Part shown: piece by piece, positions 49,911 through 59,500 of the stretch
Layout: the number at the start of each line of letters is the position of its first letter
How positions within the stretch are numbered: position 1 is the stretch's first letter
DNA from: Candidatus Omnitrophota bacterium
GTDB lineage: Bacteria; Omnitrophota; Gorgyraeia; Zapsychrales; JANLHA01
Length of the DNA stretch: 64,000 nt
Assembly (NCBI GenBank): GCA_029560465.1
Contig: JAKQKX010000020.1
Coordinates: forward strand, 51,434 to 115,433
Direction: 5' to 3'
Program-made: the position numbers and the translations under genes
Notes under the pieces: generated by a model
What the model was told of the DNA's origin: nothing
The model's database searches: none
What the model saw: only the letters and a program-made list of their open reading frames with translations

Positions 49911-51809
49911 TTAACGCAGGAGGCGAGGATAAAGCAAAGAATGAATATGGGAATCCGGGATATCACGAGCTAACCCGTGGACATGCCCCAGGGCCCTTCG
50001 AAACCGCTGTTCATTAAGAACACGCAATGGAACAGGGATGGCGTTAGGCAGGAAGGTTGTGTCCTGGACAAGGTCCGCCTTAGACATAAACAGGAATCCC
50101 TGCTTGATACTCCCCGAGAAAGACTCTACGGCGCGCTGCACTTGTCTTAATTTATCCGAATCCGGCACACAGCTGGTCACAGAGGGCTCACATGCAGGAT
50201 CGGAAAAGTACTCCCGGCCCCACAAAACCGCGCCCACCGCTTCAATCGCCTTCGGGTTATCCGGCTCTAAATCAATAGTATAAGGAACAATTGTTTTAAA
50301 CCCCGCCGCAAACAGCGTGTTGCGGAAGACCAACCAAGACGTTTTCGATAAAGACCCGGCCTTTCCCGGGAGGAAAGATGCCGAGGAGTCAACCACCGCG
50401 AACGCCTGGGGAGCCATATGCTCAGCGATGAGCCGGAAAAATTCCAGAGTGTAATACTGCCCCGCGCTAAAATCAACAGCATCGGGATAATGGATATAAA
50501 CAGCGTCAAAAACCTCTTTATTGTTTTTCAAAAAACGAAACGCCTCTTGAGAAACGATGCGAATCCGAGGATCCTTTAAGGCGCCGGCCATGATGCTGTA
50601 ACTCATCATCGGATCCTCCTCCAACAGAGACAACATCGAATCATCAACCCCAGCCAAAGTAATCTGCTCTATCCCAGAATATTTCACAAGTTCCTTCAAA
50701 ATAAAAGGGCCCGCGCGCCCTAACACTAAAACCCGCCTGGGAACATCCCCCCGGAGGGAAACCGGGACATGAACGCAATACTCCTGAAAAAACTCATCCC
50801 ACTGGGAATTCATAATTAATTGATGGTTCAGAAAGAAAAAATACCCCCAAGGATAGGCCGGGTCTTCCAAATACTTTTTGCTGTAAGACGTTAACAGCCA
50901 AATATCCAAAGGGTGAGGAGAAAACGGGACGACATCAACATACCCGTTAGCCACAAGATGACGGCTCACGTCCGGCCAGGATTCTTTGACCCGTAATATA
51001 TCGGATAACTCTCGGACGGGCTCCACAAAATATGTCTTTTTCAAAAAATACTGTTCTAAAAGAGAAACCCGAATCATCGCGATGATGATAAAAGCAAGCA
51101 AGGCGCTCGCGATTATAATGTGCCTCTTCTGGTTTACGGCCTGGTTTCCCAAGAGCAAGATCAAAAGCCACATGATAGTCAAGACGGACAATCCTAATCC
51201 AAATCCCAGCAGCAGCAAATCCCTGTGCGCAAAGGGTAACAACGTGGCCAACAAACCCGCGGCAAAATACCCCAGGAACTGAAATCTCGCGTGACGCTCC
51301 CAGGGCTTTTGGGAGTCTTCTGCTCTCCAGTTCCAGCACGCGATCCGCGCCAGGAGTCCTCCGGACAAGCGGCCGAGTGCGAAGACAAGCCCGAATAACC
51401 CCAAAGAAAAAACAATCCGGCCCGCCAAGATGCCAAAACGGTCTAGAAAATATAAATTTATAAAATACAAAATATAAAGCACCGGAATGGCGGCCGCGAC
51501 AACCGCACTAAAAAAAAGCCCGGGCATAATAACAGCTTCCCGGGCCTGAGATATTTTCCGAAGTCCTCTCATGAACCCAACAGCATGAATGCCAAGATAC
51601 ACCCCGACCAGCAAACTAAACCAGAACATCTCCTGATGAAAAAACAAACTGAGGATTTGCGCCATCAACAATACAGCACAAAAGCTGCAGGCAGAAAGGA
51701 TAAAAATAATTATAGATGTCATAAAAAACGGCCTCCCCACAAAATATCCCGGGACAAAACAAGTCTCGGTCTTCGTATTCCCCTCTCTCAAAATATTCAT
51801 AAACGCCAT
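49911..51809 (-). CDS. Polytopic membrane protein fused to a spermidine-synthase-like (polyamine aminopropyltransferase fold) C-terminal domain with a degenerate glycine motif
   Basis: Eight to ten N-terminal TM helices, then VLVLGRAGPFILKEL...ITLAGVDDS resembling the VLVIGGGDGG...EID pattern of SpeE. Start set at MAFMNIL because the upstream part of the track ORF is an out-of-frame read of the Thr-Pro repeat. Confidence 0.5.
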   Translation of the reverse strand: MAFMNILREGNTKTETCFVPGYFVGRPFFMTSIIIFILSACSFCAVLLMAQILSLFFHQEMFWFSLLVGVYLGIHAVGFMRGLRKISQAREAVIMPGLFFSAVVAAAIPVLYILYFINLYFLDRFGILAGRIVFSLGLFGLVFALGRLSGGLLARIACWNWRAEDSQKPWERHARFQFLGYFAAGLLATLLPFAHRDLLLLGFGLGLSVLTIMWLLILLLGNQAVNQKRHIIIASALLAFIIIAMIRVSLLEQYFLKKTYFVEPVRELSDILRVKESWPDVSRHLVANGYVDVVPFSPHPLDIWLLTSYSKKYLEDPAYPWGYFFFLNHQLIMNSQWDEFFQEYCVHVPVSLRGDVPRRVLVLGRAGPFILKELVKYSGIEQITLAGVDDSMLSLLEEDPMMSYSIMAGALKDPRIRIVSQEAFRFLKNNKEVFDAVYIHYPDAVDFSAGQYYTLEFFRLIAEHMAPQAFAVVDSSASFLPGKAGSLSKTSWLVFRNTLFAAGFKTIVPYTIDLEPDNPKAIEAVGAVLWGREYFSDPACEPSVTSCVPDSDKLRQVQRAVESFSGSIKQGFLFMSKADLVQDTTFLPNAIPVPLRVLNEQRFRRALGHVHGLARDIPDSHIHSLLYPRLLR

Positions 51810-51945
51810 GGAGCACAAAAATTCAAAAAAGGATTCCGCGCTTGGGTAACATTTTAATATATTCCATGCGTTTTGCAAGAAAAGATGATCCGGAATCCCA
51901 AAACGGGAATGACGGCAGGACACGCCCCCAAAAGGACAGGCGCTC

Positions 51946-53295
51946 CTAAGGCGTCGGGGTCGGGGTGTTCGTCGGAGTTGGCGTGTTCGTTGGCGCAGGC
52001 GTCGGCGTATTCGTTGGGGTCGGGGTATTTGTCGGCGTTGGCGTGACCGTTGGGGTCGGGGTATTTGTCGGCGTCGGCGTGACCGTTGGAGTCGGCGTTG
52101 GGGTCGGGGTAACCGTTGACGTTGGGGTCGGCGTTGGGGTTGGCGTTGGGGTCGGCGTCGGCGTCGGTGTTGGGGTCGGCGTACAGCTCGGGACCACACA
52201 CGCAATCGTCGAAGGCGGCTGAGTCGCTGAATTACAATAGCTGTTCCCGACGGTCCCCCCGGTCATATCCTCACACCAAACCAGACGGTCACAGGTTCCC
52301 GGAGCGCCGCCGGTCGGGCTGCAGGCGCCATTACAAGGCCCACAGGCGCCGACATCCCATGTGCACCACCCGCAATCGGCATAACAGGCGTCACAATCTT
52401 CAGTCGCGGGGTAATTACAGGTTCCGTCCCCGCACAGTGACCCGCAATCCCAGGAGCAATTCGAACTATTTTCGCCGGCACAACTATCACAGACAAAATT
52501 AGGACATACCGCCGTACAATCCGCTGGACAAGCGACAGTCCCTCCCCCACCGCAAAAAGATTCCTGGCTGGTCGTACAGACCATATCCCCGCAACACGGC
52601 TGGCACGCCACGCAGGACAAACAGGCCCCTGGAGCGGTACAATCAAAAGAAGGATGCCCGCAAACAACCGGGCAGTCAGCCGCGCAACTTAACGGATCCT
52701 CATTACAGGTCCCATCCCCGCAACACGGTGAACACGCCGGGCAAATGCCGCATTGCCCGGCACAGTTAAACCCTGGCTCCCCGCAAGCCGGGGTTCCGCA
52801 ATCCCCGGGGCAGGAGAGATGCGTTTCCCCTCCGCTACACGATCCATCCCCACAGCACGGCTGGCAGGCCGCGCAACCCGCACAGTTCGCAGGAAGGTCA
52901 CAATTAAACGTCGGGTCTCCGCATTCTGGGGGGCAGTCGGTCGGGCAGTTTGTCTTATCTTCCACATAAGGAATGTCGGGCCTATTATCACAAGTGCCGT
53001 TCCCGCAACACGGGTCGCATGCCGAGCACGACACACAACCCTCAACATCAAAACTGAGTCTGACCTGCATACAATAGACAGGATCAGGGCAGGTCATGGT
53101 TACAAAGCAGTTTTCATCAGTACATATCTTTGCGGTTTCAGCGTTGATTTGATTCAAGGACTGTTTAAAACTCCCCATAACCGCGCCGCGGAAAGGGCCA
53201 AACGGGCCGATAAAAGATAGGATGGCAACAACAACTACCGCAACAAGCAGTAGATATTCGATAATTTGTTGTGCTGTTTTGTTGACAACTTTCAT
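51946..53295 (-). CDS. Flp/Fap-type pilin-like N-terminus fused to a large cysteine-rich tandem-repeat extracellular domain and a C-terminal Thr-Pro repeat tail
   Basis: N-terminal [25 protein letters not shown] matches the Flp G/A-x4-E-Y hydrophobic motif. About five copies of CxxCxPCCGDGxC...E...CPxDC follow. The C-terminus is (TP)n/(TPTN)n. Confidence 0.55.
   Translation of the reverse strand: MKVVNKTAQQIIEYLLLVAVVVVAILSFIGPFGPFRGAVMGSFKQSLNQINAETAKICTDENCFVTMTCPDPVYCMQVRLSFDVEGCVSCSACDPCCGNGTCDNRPDIPYVEDKTNCPTDCPPECGDPTFNCDLPANCAGCAACQPCCGDGSCSGGETHLSCPGDCGTPACGEPGFNCAGQCGICPACSPCCGDGTCNEDPLSCAADCPVVCGHPSFDCTAPGACLSCVACQPCCGDMVCTTSQESFCGGGGTVACPADCTAVCPNFVCDSCAGENSSNCSWDCGSLCGDGTCNYPATEDCDACYADCGWCTWDVGACGPCNGACSPTGGAPGTCDRLVWCEDMTGGTVGNSYCNSATQPPSTIACVVPSCTPTPTPTPTPTPTPTPTPTPTSTVTPTPTPTPTVTPTPTNTPTPTVTPTPTNTPTPTNTPTPAPTNTPTPTNTPTPTP
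51950..52195. repeat. Tandem hexanucleotide-based repeat (GGBGTY)n encoding the Thr-Pro tail; low-complexity DNA that creates a spurious Arg/Pro/Gln-rich ORF in another frame
   Basis: Visible directly as gtcggggtcggggt... repeated for ~250 bp. Confidence 0.7.
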
Positions 53296-53443
53296 ATCAA
53301 GATTTTAGAAAAGACCGCCAATAAAAGACAAAATTAGTATATCATATTCTTTTATAAATTATAAAAAAATATTATTAATCAAAAATTTATCTCCGGAATG
53401 AATTGGGCAAAACAACCCCCAAAGAGTTGAATCCGCAAAAAAC

Positions 53444-53662
53444 TTACGGATTAAGAATTGTCAGAGTGCCAGCGGCGTCTCCCCAAACCATGCCGGCGAC
53501 ATCCACCATCCCCTGCACCGGAGCGTTAAGAGAACGTTCATACTCAGTCCGGAACTCACCACCAGGGCCCATAAACACAAAAATTACTACGATGACAATC
53601 GTAAACAGCAACAAAAACTCAATCGTATGCTGGCCAGAATTATTATGAACTGTTTTTAACAT
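53444..53662 (-). CDS. flp: Flp/Fap family type IVb pilin
   Basis: MLKTVHNNSGQHTIEFLLLFTIVIVVIFVF has the G-x4-E-F/Y processing and hydrophobic motif. Size is ~72 aa. Confidence 0.55.
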   Translation of the reverse strand: MLKTVHNNSGQHTIEFLLLFTIVIVVIFVFMGPGGEFRTEYERSLNAPVQGMVDVAGMVWGDAAGTLTILNP

Positions 53663-53797
53663 TTTATCCCCCTTATACACCTATATCATATTTTAAATGA
53701 AGATAAAGGAGACAAAATAAAATTTTGGTGCTTAAAACTATTAAATTCATATGTTTAGCTAAATTGGTCTCAACCCGGGATAGAAAGCCTCCAGCGA

Positions 53798-54220
53798 TTA
53801 AGCATGCTCCCTGGCCTTTAATATACGCTCCGTCATCTCTTCTTCATACGCTCTTTCAATTTTTACAAGCTCTCCGGCCCCAAGAAACGACCGGATGGCT
53901 TTCTTGACCGCGTCCAACCGTCTATGAAGATACCAATAATCTGCCTTAAGCTCTCCCTTCCGCCCCTCTTCATATTTATTCACATACGCACTTTTTCCTT
54001 TATGTTTCATATACTGCTGAAAGGCAATAATTTTAATATGATATTTCTTATCTTTCAATTCCGGGGCCTTTTTAAGCTCTTTCAATAAAAAATCATCCAC
54101 GTCCAGTTGCGTGAATTTACGGTCTATCCGTTCCAAGTCTTCTTTGGTTGTCTTATAGCACCATAATAAATACCGCCTGTACAAATTTTTTTCTTCCGGA
54201 GTCATCTTTTTTTTCCGCAT
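53798..54220 (-). CDS. Hypothetical lysine-rich protein
   Basis: 140-aa ORF. No motif recognised. Confidence 0.3.
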   Translation of the reverse strand: MRKKKMTPEEKNLYRRYLLWCYKTTKEDLERIDRKFTQLDVDDFLLKELKKAPELKDKKYHIKIIAFQQYMKHKGKSAYVNKYEEGRKGELKADYWYLHRRLDAVKKAIRSFLGAGELVKIERAYEEEMTERILKAREHA

Positions 54221-54256
54221 AAATTAAGCCTCCTAAGTCCTCACACCCCACCCTGA

Positions 54257-56338
54257 TTAAAATGCGGGAGTCATGATACGGCTCATCGTTCTATGAACGA
54301 CAAAAGTCCCCCCGTTCTGAAAAACAACATCCCCCAAGGCGCGTAACTGGTCCGACCGCAGGTCCGGATACGCTTCCCGTTCCTTGTCTCCCACAAAAAT
54401 ATAATCCACCATATACTTCTCAAACATTCTGGCAGACGCTAAAGAAAACGGCTGTTCATACATGCTTTTCACGTCCTCAATCCGTGGGGCCGGGATATCA
54501 TACGACCCACGCCAGAGCCACTCGTGAACCGGCCATCCGACAACGGTGGGAAGCCCCGTAAACGCGGAAACCCGGCTAAAATCGGAATAACTCGTTCCCA
54601 CGGCCTCCAATATAACCGGCTGGCCTGAAACATGAGCATTCAGCCATAATATGCCCGCATAATCTTCCGGATATTTTTCCTTAAGCCAGTTCAGTCCGTT
54701 GAGTCCCTTAAAGTTCTTAAATCCGTACCGGTCCCGATATCCAAAATAAGGAAATATCAAAAGCAAGCACACCGTCAGGGAAATCACCAGCGTCAAGGCG
54801 GACTGGATTCCCTTCCGGGACTTGTTATCCGGGATAAAGTCTTTGAGCCAGATAAACCCCGCCACCCAACCCGTCGCAATTCCCATAAAAATAAAACTCT
54901 GCAGAGTAAATTTAAACATTGTATTCGCCCGGGGATGCTCGGGATAAATGTCCTTCACATAAATGATTTCCGGGATGAGAATTAACACCCACGCAGCGAT
55001 GATGAGCGCGAGGATAAAACCTAACACGCCCTGTTTTTTCCTCCGCAAGGCACTGGCGACAGCGAAAAGCGAACGATTCTGATGATCCGCGACCCAAAAC
55101 GCGATCAAGCTGAGGATTCCTATCCCGCCCCACACAACCAACAGGCGCCAAAAATCCGAGCTGTCTTCTACCCACCTGACCCCACTTGAAATCGACCGAA
55201 AATGTGTCCACCATAAGGATGAAACCCCGGCTGCCACGGCCCCAATGAGCGTCAAGGATGTGCACACGTGCCCAAAACGGGATGGATAAAACAGGGTGAG
55301 GGTCATCCCGCACAAACACAACAAAAGCGCATACACCCCGCCCGACCAGGCGCTCGTCATAAAACAAACCCCTAACATCATGCCCGTGGCCAAAGCCCGG
55401 GGATAAATCTTCCAAGCCCTTTCGGAAACAAGGACCCCATGATACCAAAGAAAAACACACAACAACAAACTGACCGCCAAAGGGAAATCCCAGACATGGG
55501 CGTGCAGATCACCGACGATCAACGAATAAGACGGGAATTCATGGATAGTCTGCGGGATAAACCGGGTGGCGTCCGGATACCAGTAGCCTTTCCACCCGTG
55601 ATTCTTGATCCCATACCAAATCGCGTGGGTGTTCCCGGCAAACGCGACCAAAACAGCAGCCACCGCGCTACCCCATATAAGCGGTTTTCCGATGTCCTCC
55701 GTTTCCGTACTCTTATAAATCAGGTTCAAAACCACGCTGAACGTTTCCGCCATAAACAATCCCATAATAAACCCCAGCAGTAAGTTATAACTATACGGCA
55801 ACTCCAGGGACCAGTACCGGGTCATCACGGATCCGAGAAAGTGGCCGAACGTATAATAATTCATGGTTTCACCGGCAAACCACATATCCAAGACAGGGAG
55901 CGTCGGGGCCCGCAAATATGAAGCCATCAGGCCGGCGTCCATAAATTTCTCTAAATCATTGATGTCCGGGCCGAACCCCCGGGCCACACAAAGGAAAAAG
56001 AAGCCAGCCGCAAACAAAATCTCTTCCGCCATCAGCCACTTCCAGCGCTCTTGCAAAAACAGGACAATCTCATCTTTGTTCAAATGAAAGACCGCAATGC
56101 TCAACACGGCAAAAAGCAAGAAAACAACGAACAATCCCCCCTGGTTATTGACCGGAAAACCGAAATGGGCCAAGACCCACACCGGCAAAGCCAGGACAAG
56201 CCATGTCAGCAGACGGCCAAAAGCCCACCCGGCGTCAAACAACGTATTGCGGAGCCGGGTAATTAAAATCGGCATCGCAAAAAGCTGCAGGAGCGCTGTC
56301 ATAAACCACGCAAAAACAATCAACCCCAGATCCTTCAT
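54257..56338 (-). CDS. DUF2298-type (YYY-domain) large membrane protein, putative GT-C-like glycosyltransferase
   Basis: Polytopic membrane protein whose C-terminal region GLPTVVGWPVHEWLWRG is typical of the DUF2298/TIGR03662 family. Start taken at MKDLGLIV. Confidence 0.5.
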   Translation of the reverse strand: MKDLGLIVFAWFMTALLQLFAMPILITRLRNTLFDAGWAFGRLLTWLVLALPVWVLAHFGFPVNNQGGLFVVFLLFAVLSIAVFHLNKDEIVLFLQERWKWLMAEEILFAAGFFFLCVARGFGPDINDLEKFMDAGLMASYLRAPTLPVLDMWFAGETMNYYTFGHFLGSVMTRYWSLELPYSYNLLLGFIMGLFMAETFSVVLNLIYKSTETEDIGKPLIWGSAVAAVLVAFAGNTHAIWYGIKNHGWKGYWYPDATRFIPQTIHEFPSYSLIVGDLHAHVWDFPLAVSLLLCVFLWYHGVLVSERAWKIYPRALATGMMLGVCFMTSAWSGGVYALLLCLCGMTLTLFYPSRFGHVCTSLTLIGAVAAGVSSLWWTHFRSISSGVRWVEDSSDFWRLLVVWGGIGILSLIAFWVADHQNRSLFAVASALRRKKQGVLGFILALIIAAWVLILIPEIIYVKDIYPEHPRANTMFKFTLQSFIFMGIATGWVAGFIWLKDFIPDNKSRKGIQSALTLVISLTVCLLLIFPYFGYRDRYGFKNFKGLNGLNWLKEKYPEDYAGILWLNAHVSGQPVILEAVGTSYSDFSRVSAFTGLPTVVGWPVHEWLWRGSYDIPAPRIEDVKSMYEQPFSLASARMFEKYMVDYIFVGDKEREAYPDLRSDQLRALGDVVFQNGGTFVVHRTMSRIMTPAF

Positions 56339-56553
56339 GCTTCTGTTCCCTGCCCCTCCCTGATTCCCCGAAGAGGTCTGCGGCCGGATAAACACCCGTC
56401 CCCCTCTTCCTTCTAATTGAGGACACAACACCCCTTTAAATTATCGCATTTGATTTCTTATTCACTCTTCTCTTGTGTTATAATAAAACACGAATTCGCC
56501 GAACGGAACAAAAATATCCATTTTTCTTCCCATTCATTACCAACAAAGGCCTT

Positions 56554-57594
56554 ATGAACATCCTTATCACCGGGGCTTCGGGATTTCTGGGAACGCATTG
56601 TTTCCAGTCTCTTCGCCAAAACGGCCACAACCTGACCCTCGTTGACATTGCGCCTCCGGACGGAGAACGGCAAACCCCGGGCTGCCGGTTTGAACGCGTC
56701 GACATACGCCAGAAACACGCGGTTTCCCCCCTTATCCAAGGGGCCCATATCGTCATCCACGCGGCCGCAGCCTTACCGTTATGGAAACGGGGAGATATTT
56801 TCTCGACAAACGTGGAGGGCACGCGGAATATTTTATCGGCGGCCCTGAGTCACGGGATTCAAAGGGTCATTTATATCTCTTCAACGGCTGTCTATGGCAT
56901 CCCTGAAAAACATCCCATCCTGGAAAGCGACCGCCTCATGGGCGTGGGGCCCTACGGCGAGTCTAAAATCCTGGCTGAAAAACTATGCCTTGACTTTATG
57001 GAGAAAGGGCTGGATATCACCATCCTCCGGCCCAAAACGTTTCTGGGAGCCGGCCGCCTGGGTGTTTTCGAAATCCTGTTTGACTGGGTTCACGACGGAA
57101 AAAAAATCCCCGTCATCGGCGACGGGCAAAACCTTTACCAGCTGCTCGCTGTCGATGACCTTGTGGAGGTGATCACGCTCTGCATTCAAAACGCCTCCAA
57201 GGAATATAACGACGTGTTCAACGTCGCGGCGGAAACATTCGGGACAGTCCAAGAAGACTTGAACGCACTTTTTGAATTTGCGCAATCCGGCTCGCGCGTT
57301 CAGCCAACACCCGCGACTTTGGTGAAAGGCGCCCTGCGGATTTTCGAGATGCTTCACCTCTCTCCGCTTTATCAATGGGTCTATGACACAGCGGATAAAG
57401 ACTCCTTCGTTTCCATTGACAAACTCAAGAACACTTTTCACTGGTCCCCCCGTTTTTCCAACGCTCAAATCCTGATTAAAACCTATGAATGGTATCTCAA
57501 AAATTACGCCCTCATCAAAAGCAGACAGGCGGGGATCACCCACACCGCGGCCTGGAAACAAGGCCTGCTGGCGCTGGTCAAAAAATTTATGTAA
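56554..57594 (+). CDS. NAD-dependent epimerase/dehydratase family protein
   Basis: MNILITGASGFLGTHC Rossmann motif and YGESKILAE (Y-x3-K). Confidence 0.8.
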   Translation: MNILITGASGFLGTHCFQSLRQNGHNLTLVDIAPPDGERQTPGCRFERVDIRQKHAVSPLIQGAHIVIHAAAALPLWKRGDIFSTNVEGTRNILSAALSHGIQRVIYISSTAVYGIPEKHPILESDRLMGVGPYGESKILAEKLCLDFMEKGLDITILRPKTFLGAGRLGVFEILFDWVHDGKKIPVIGDGQNLYQLLAVDDLVEVITLCIQNASKEYNDVFNVAAETFGTVQEDLNALFEFAQSGSRVQPTPATLVKGALRIFEMLHLSPLYQWVYDTADKDSFVSIDKLKNTFHWSPRFSNAQILIKTYEWYLKNYALIKSRQAGITHTAAWKQGLLALVKKFM

Positions 57595-57635
57595 ATTCGA
57601 AACGGCACCGGGAACCCGCCTTAAAATTTTGAATT

Positions 57636-59357
57636 TCAAAAATTCCGCGCGGGCCGGGGGTCCTCAATGAACGGGTATCCTTCCTGCGCGGATGAAAAAT
57701 CCTGCTTCTTAAAAACATAAACCCGGGGATGATCATAAACGGAAAACGATTCATCCGCCCGGTCATCCGGGACGGGAAAACGCCTTCCGCCCAACGTTAT
57801 CCCGGGATAAGAGGTGAATTCAGCCACTTTAGAAAACCCCAGTTCTCCGGCAAAAAGCTTACGGTAATATTCACCGGCACGCGGATAGCAGACACGGTGC
57901 GTCCCGCAATCCATAACCCGCGGCAAGGGGACAAAAAGTTTTTGGGACGCGATGATGATATACTCCGCCTCGAAAAGCTTTTGCGCAACGCTCCGCCATT
58001 TCCGCACGTCATCGGGCTGGTCGTAAAACGGCAATTCGACAAAGCGGTATTTCTCAACACCGAACAACGGCAGCCGTTCATCCCAATGTTCCACCGCCAA
58101 AGTCGTGCCGGGCGGAATATGACGGTTAATCCAGCGCGAAGCCTCAACGCGGGTCAGTGGCCGCCGGTATATATCCATAAATAAAGCAACCCACAGGGCC
58201 AAAGCCCCGTAAACCACAACCAGATAAATCCGCCGCATGTTCTTTCTTCGAATGGGCCCTAAAGCCCAATCCAGGGCCACCGCCGCCATAACAGCACAAA
58301 AAGGATACAACGGCAACATGTAGCGCATAAACTTAACCGCGGTCCGACCCACGACGGCAAAATAATACAGGTTGAGCAAAACATACACTAAGCTCAAAAA
58401 GCTGGCCGCCCCCCCCCTCCGGTGACGGTTCAGCCAATGCCAAACAAAAACGGCCAACCCGCAAAGAAAAAGAAACGACAACATCGGTCCCATGCCCCAG
58501 AAAAACATGTTTTCCAAATAATAGAAATACGCCTTTGTTCCCACATATTGCAGGGTGTACGGGAAAATGTACGGATCGCGACTCATCTGAAGCTGGGCCA
58601 TCGTGTCTGACCAGAAACGAGAGAAATGCGCATACGCGTATGGCATCAAAACAGCATGGACGCTGACAAGCGCCAGCAGAAAAACAACCCCATATTTCAA
58701 CGGGCGGCCGGCGGGCTTCATGAAATCCCAGCGCGGCCCGTTGGCCTGCCAAAACAGAAGAGGCAGGATAACCGGCAGAAAAATAACCGGGGTTATTTTT
58801 GTGGCCAGCAAAACGGCAAAGACACAACCCATGCCCGCTGCCCGGGCCGCCGACGCCCTCTGCAAATAATTTATAAAAAGAATGGCGAAAAACGTAATGA
58901 AAAAATTCACAAAATTATCGACGATGTAAAAATTGCTGTTTTGGATGGGGAAAAAGCTCAGGGCATAAAAGGCCGCGGCGGACAGGGCCAGGCGGGGACG
59001 ATGAAACAACTGCCCCGCCAGGCGATAGACCAGGTAAACGACAAGCGTGTCCAACAGCGAGGACAAAACCCGGCCCACAAACAACATCCCGTCATAATTC
59101 GCCCACTCCGTGTGAAACAACGCGTCACTCAACTGCGCGACCGCCCGCAGAAAATAAACCGGGAAAGACCCGTAATTAAAAAAATCCGGGTCCATCTGGC
59201 GGAACAGATGAATACGGCAGGCGACCAGCATCAACATGCGTTCATCCGGATGCTGCTGATAACCGTAATCCCAATTCACACCGTAAAAACGCAAGCCAGC
59301 GGCGGCCAAAAGGATCACAACAAGGATCAGGGTTGTTTTAAATGATGTCGTGTTCAT
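57636..59357 (-). CDS. Family 39-like (PMT/ArnT-type, GT-C fold) polyprenol-phosphate-sugar dependent membrane glycosyltransferase
   Basis: Polytopic membrane protein with HPDER in the first periplasmic loop (the DE motif of the GT39/ArnT family). Length is 573 aa. Confidence 0.65.
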   Translation of the reverse strand: MNTTSFKTTLILVVILLAAAGLRFYGVNWDYGYQQHPDERMLMLVACRIHLFRQMDPDFFNYGSFPVYFLRAVAQLSDALFHTEWANYDGMLFVGRVLSSLLDTLVVYLVYRLAGQLFHRPRLALSAAAFYALSFFPIQNSNFYIVDNFVNFFITFFAILFINYLQRASAARAAGMGCVFAVLLATKITPVIFLPVILPLLFWQANGPRWDFMKPAGRPLKYGVVFLLALVSVHAVLMPYAYAHFSRFWSDTMAQLQMSRDPYIFPYTLQYVGTKAYFYYLENMFFWGMGPMLSFLFLCGLAVFVWHWLNRHRRGGAASFLSLVYVLLNLYYFAVVGRTAVKFMRYMLPLYPFCAVMAAVALDWALGPIRRKNMRRIYLVVVYGALALWVALFMDIYRRPLTRVEASRWINRHIPPGTTLAVEHWDERLPLFGVEKYRFVELPFYDQPDDVRKWRSVAQKLFEAEYIIIASQKLFVPLPRVMDCGTHRVCYPRAGEYYRKLFAGELGFSKVAEFTSYPGITLGGRRFPVPDDRADESFSVYDHPRVYVFKKQDFSSAQEGYPFIEDPRPARNF

Positions 59358-59413
59358 TAAAACCCCATATTAAAAGTCATTTCAAAACCTCTGAGCGTGA
59401 CGAGTCCTACCAC

Positions 59414-59477
59414 GGGGGAAGGCCGTTCATAGGCCCCTCCCGCCCGGGGTGAACTCTCCCTTTCGCGGCCTTCCCCC
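59414..59477. repeat. Perfect 12-bp inverted repeat GGGGGAAGGCCG ... CGGCCTTCCCCC with a ~40-nt GC-rich spacer in the intergenic region
   Basis: Read directly. No flanking T-tract. Confidence 0.5.
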
Positions 59478-59500
59478 ATGGCCCCCGTTTGAAAAAGGCT

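Noticed and set aside
51946-52205. Arg/Pro/Gln-rich N-terminal extension of ORF 49911..52205
   Set aside because: It is an alternative-frame translation of the (GGBGTY)n Thr-Pro-encoding repeat and is not a real protein segment.
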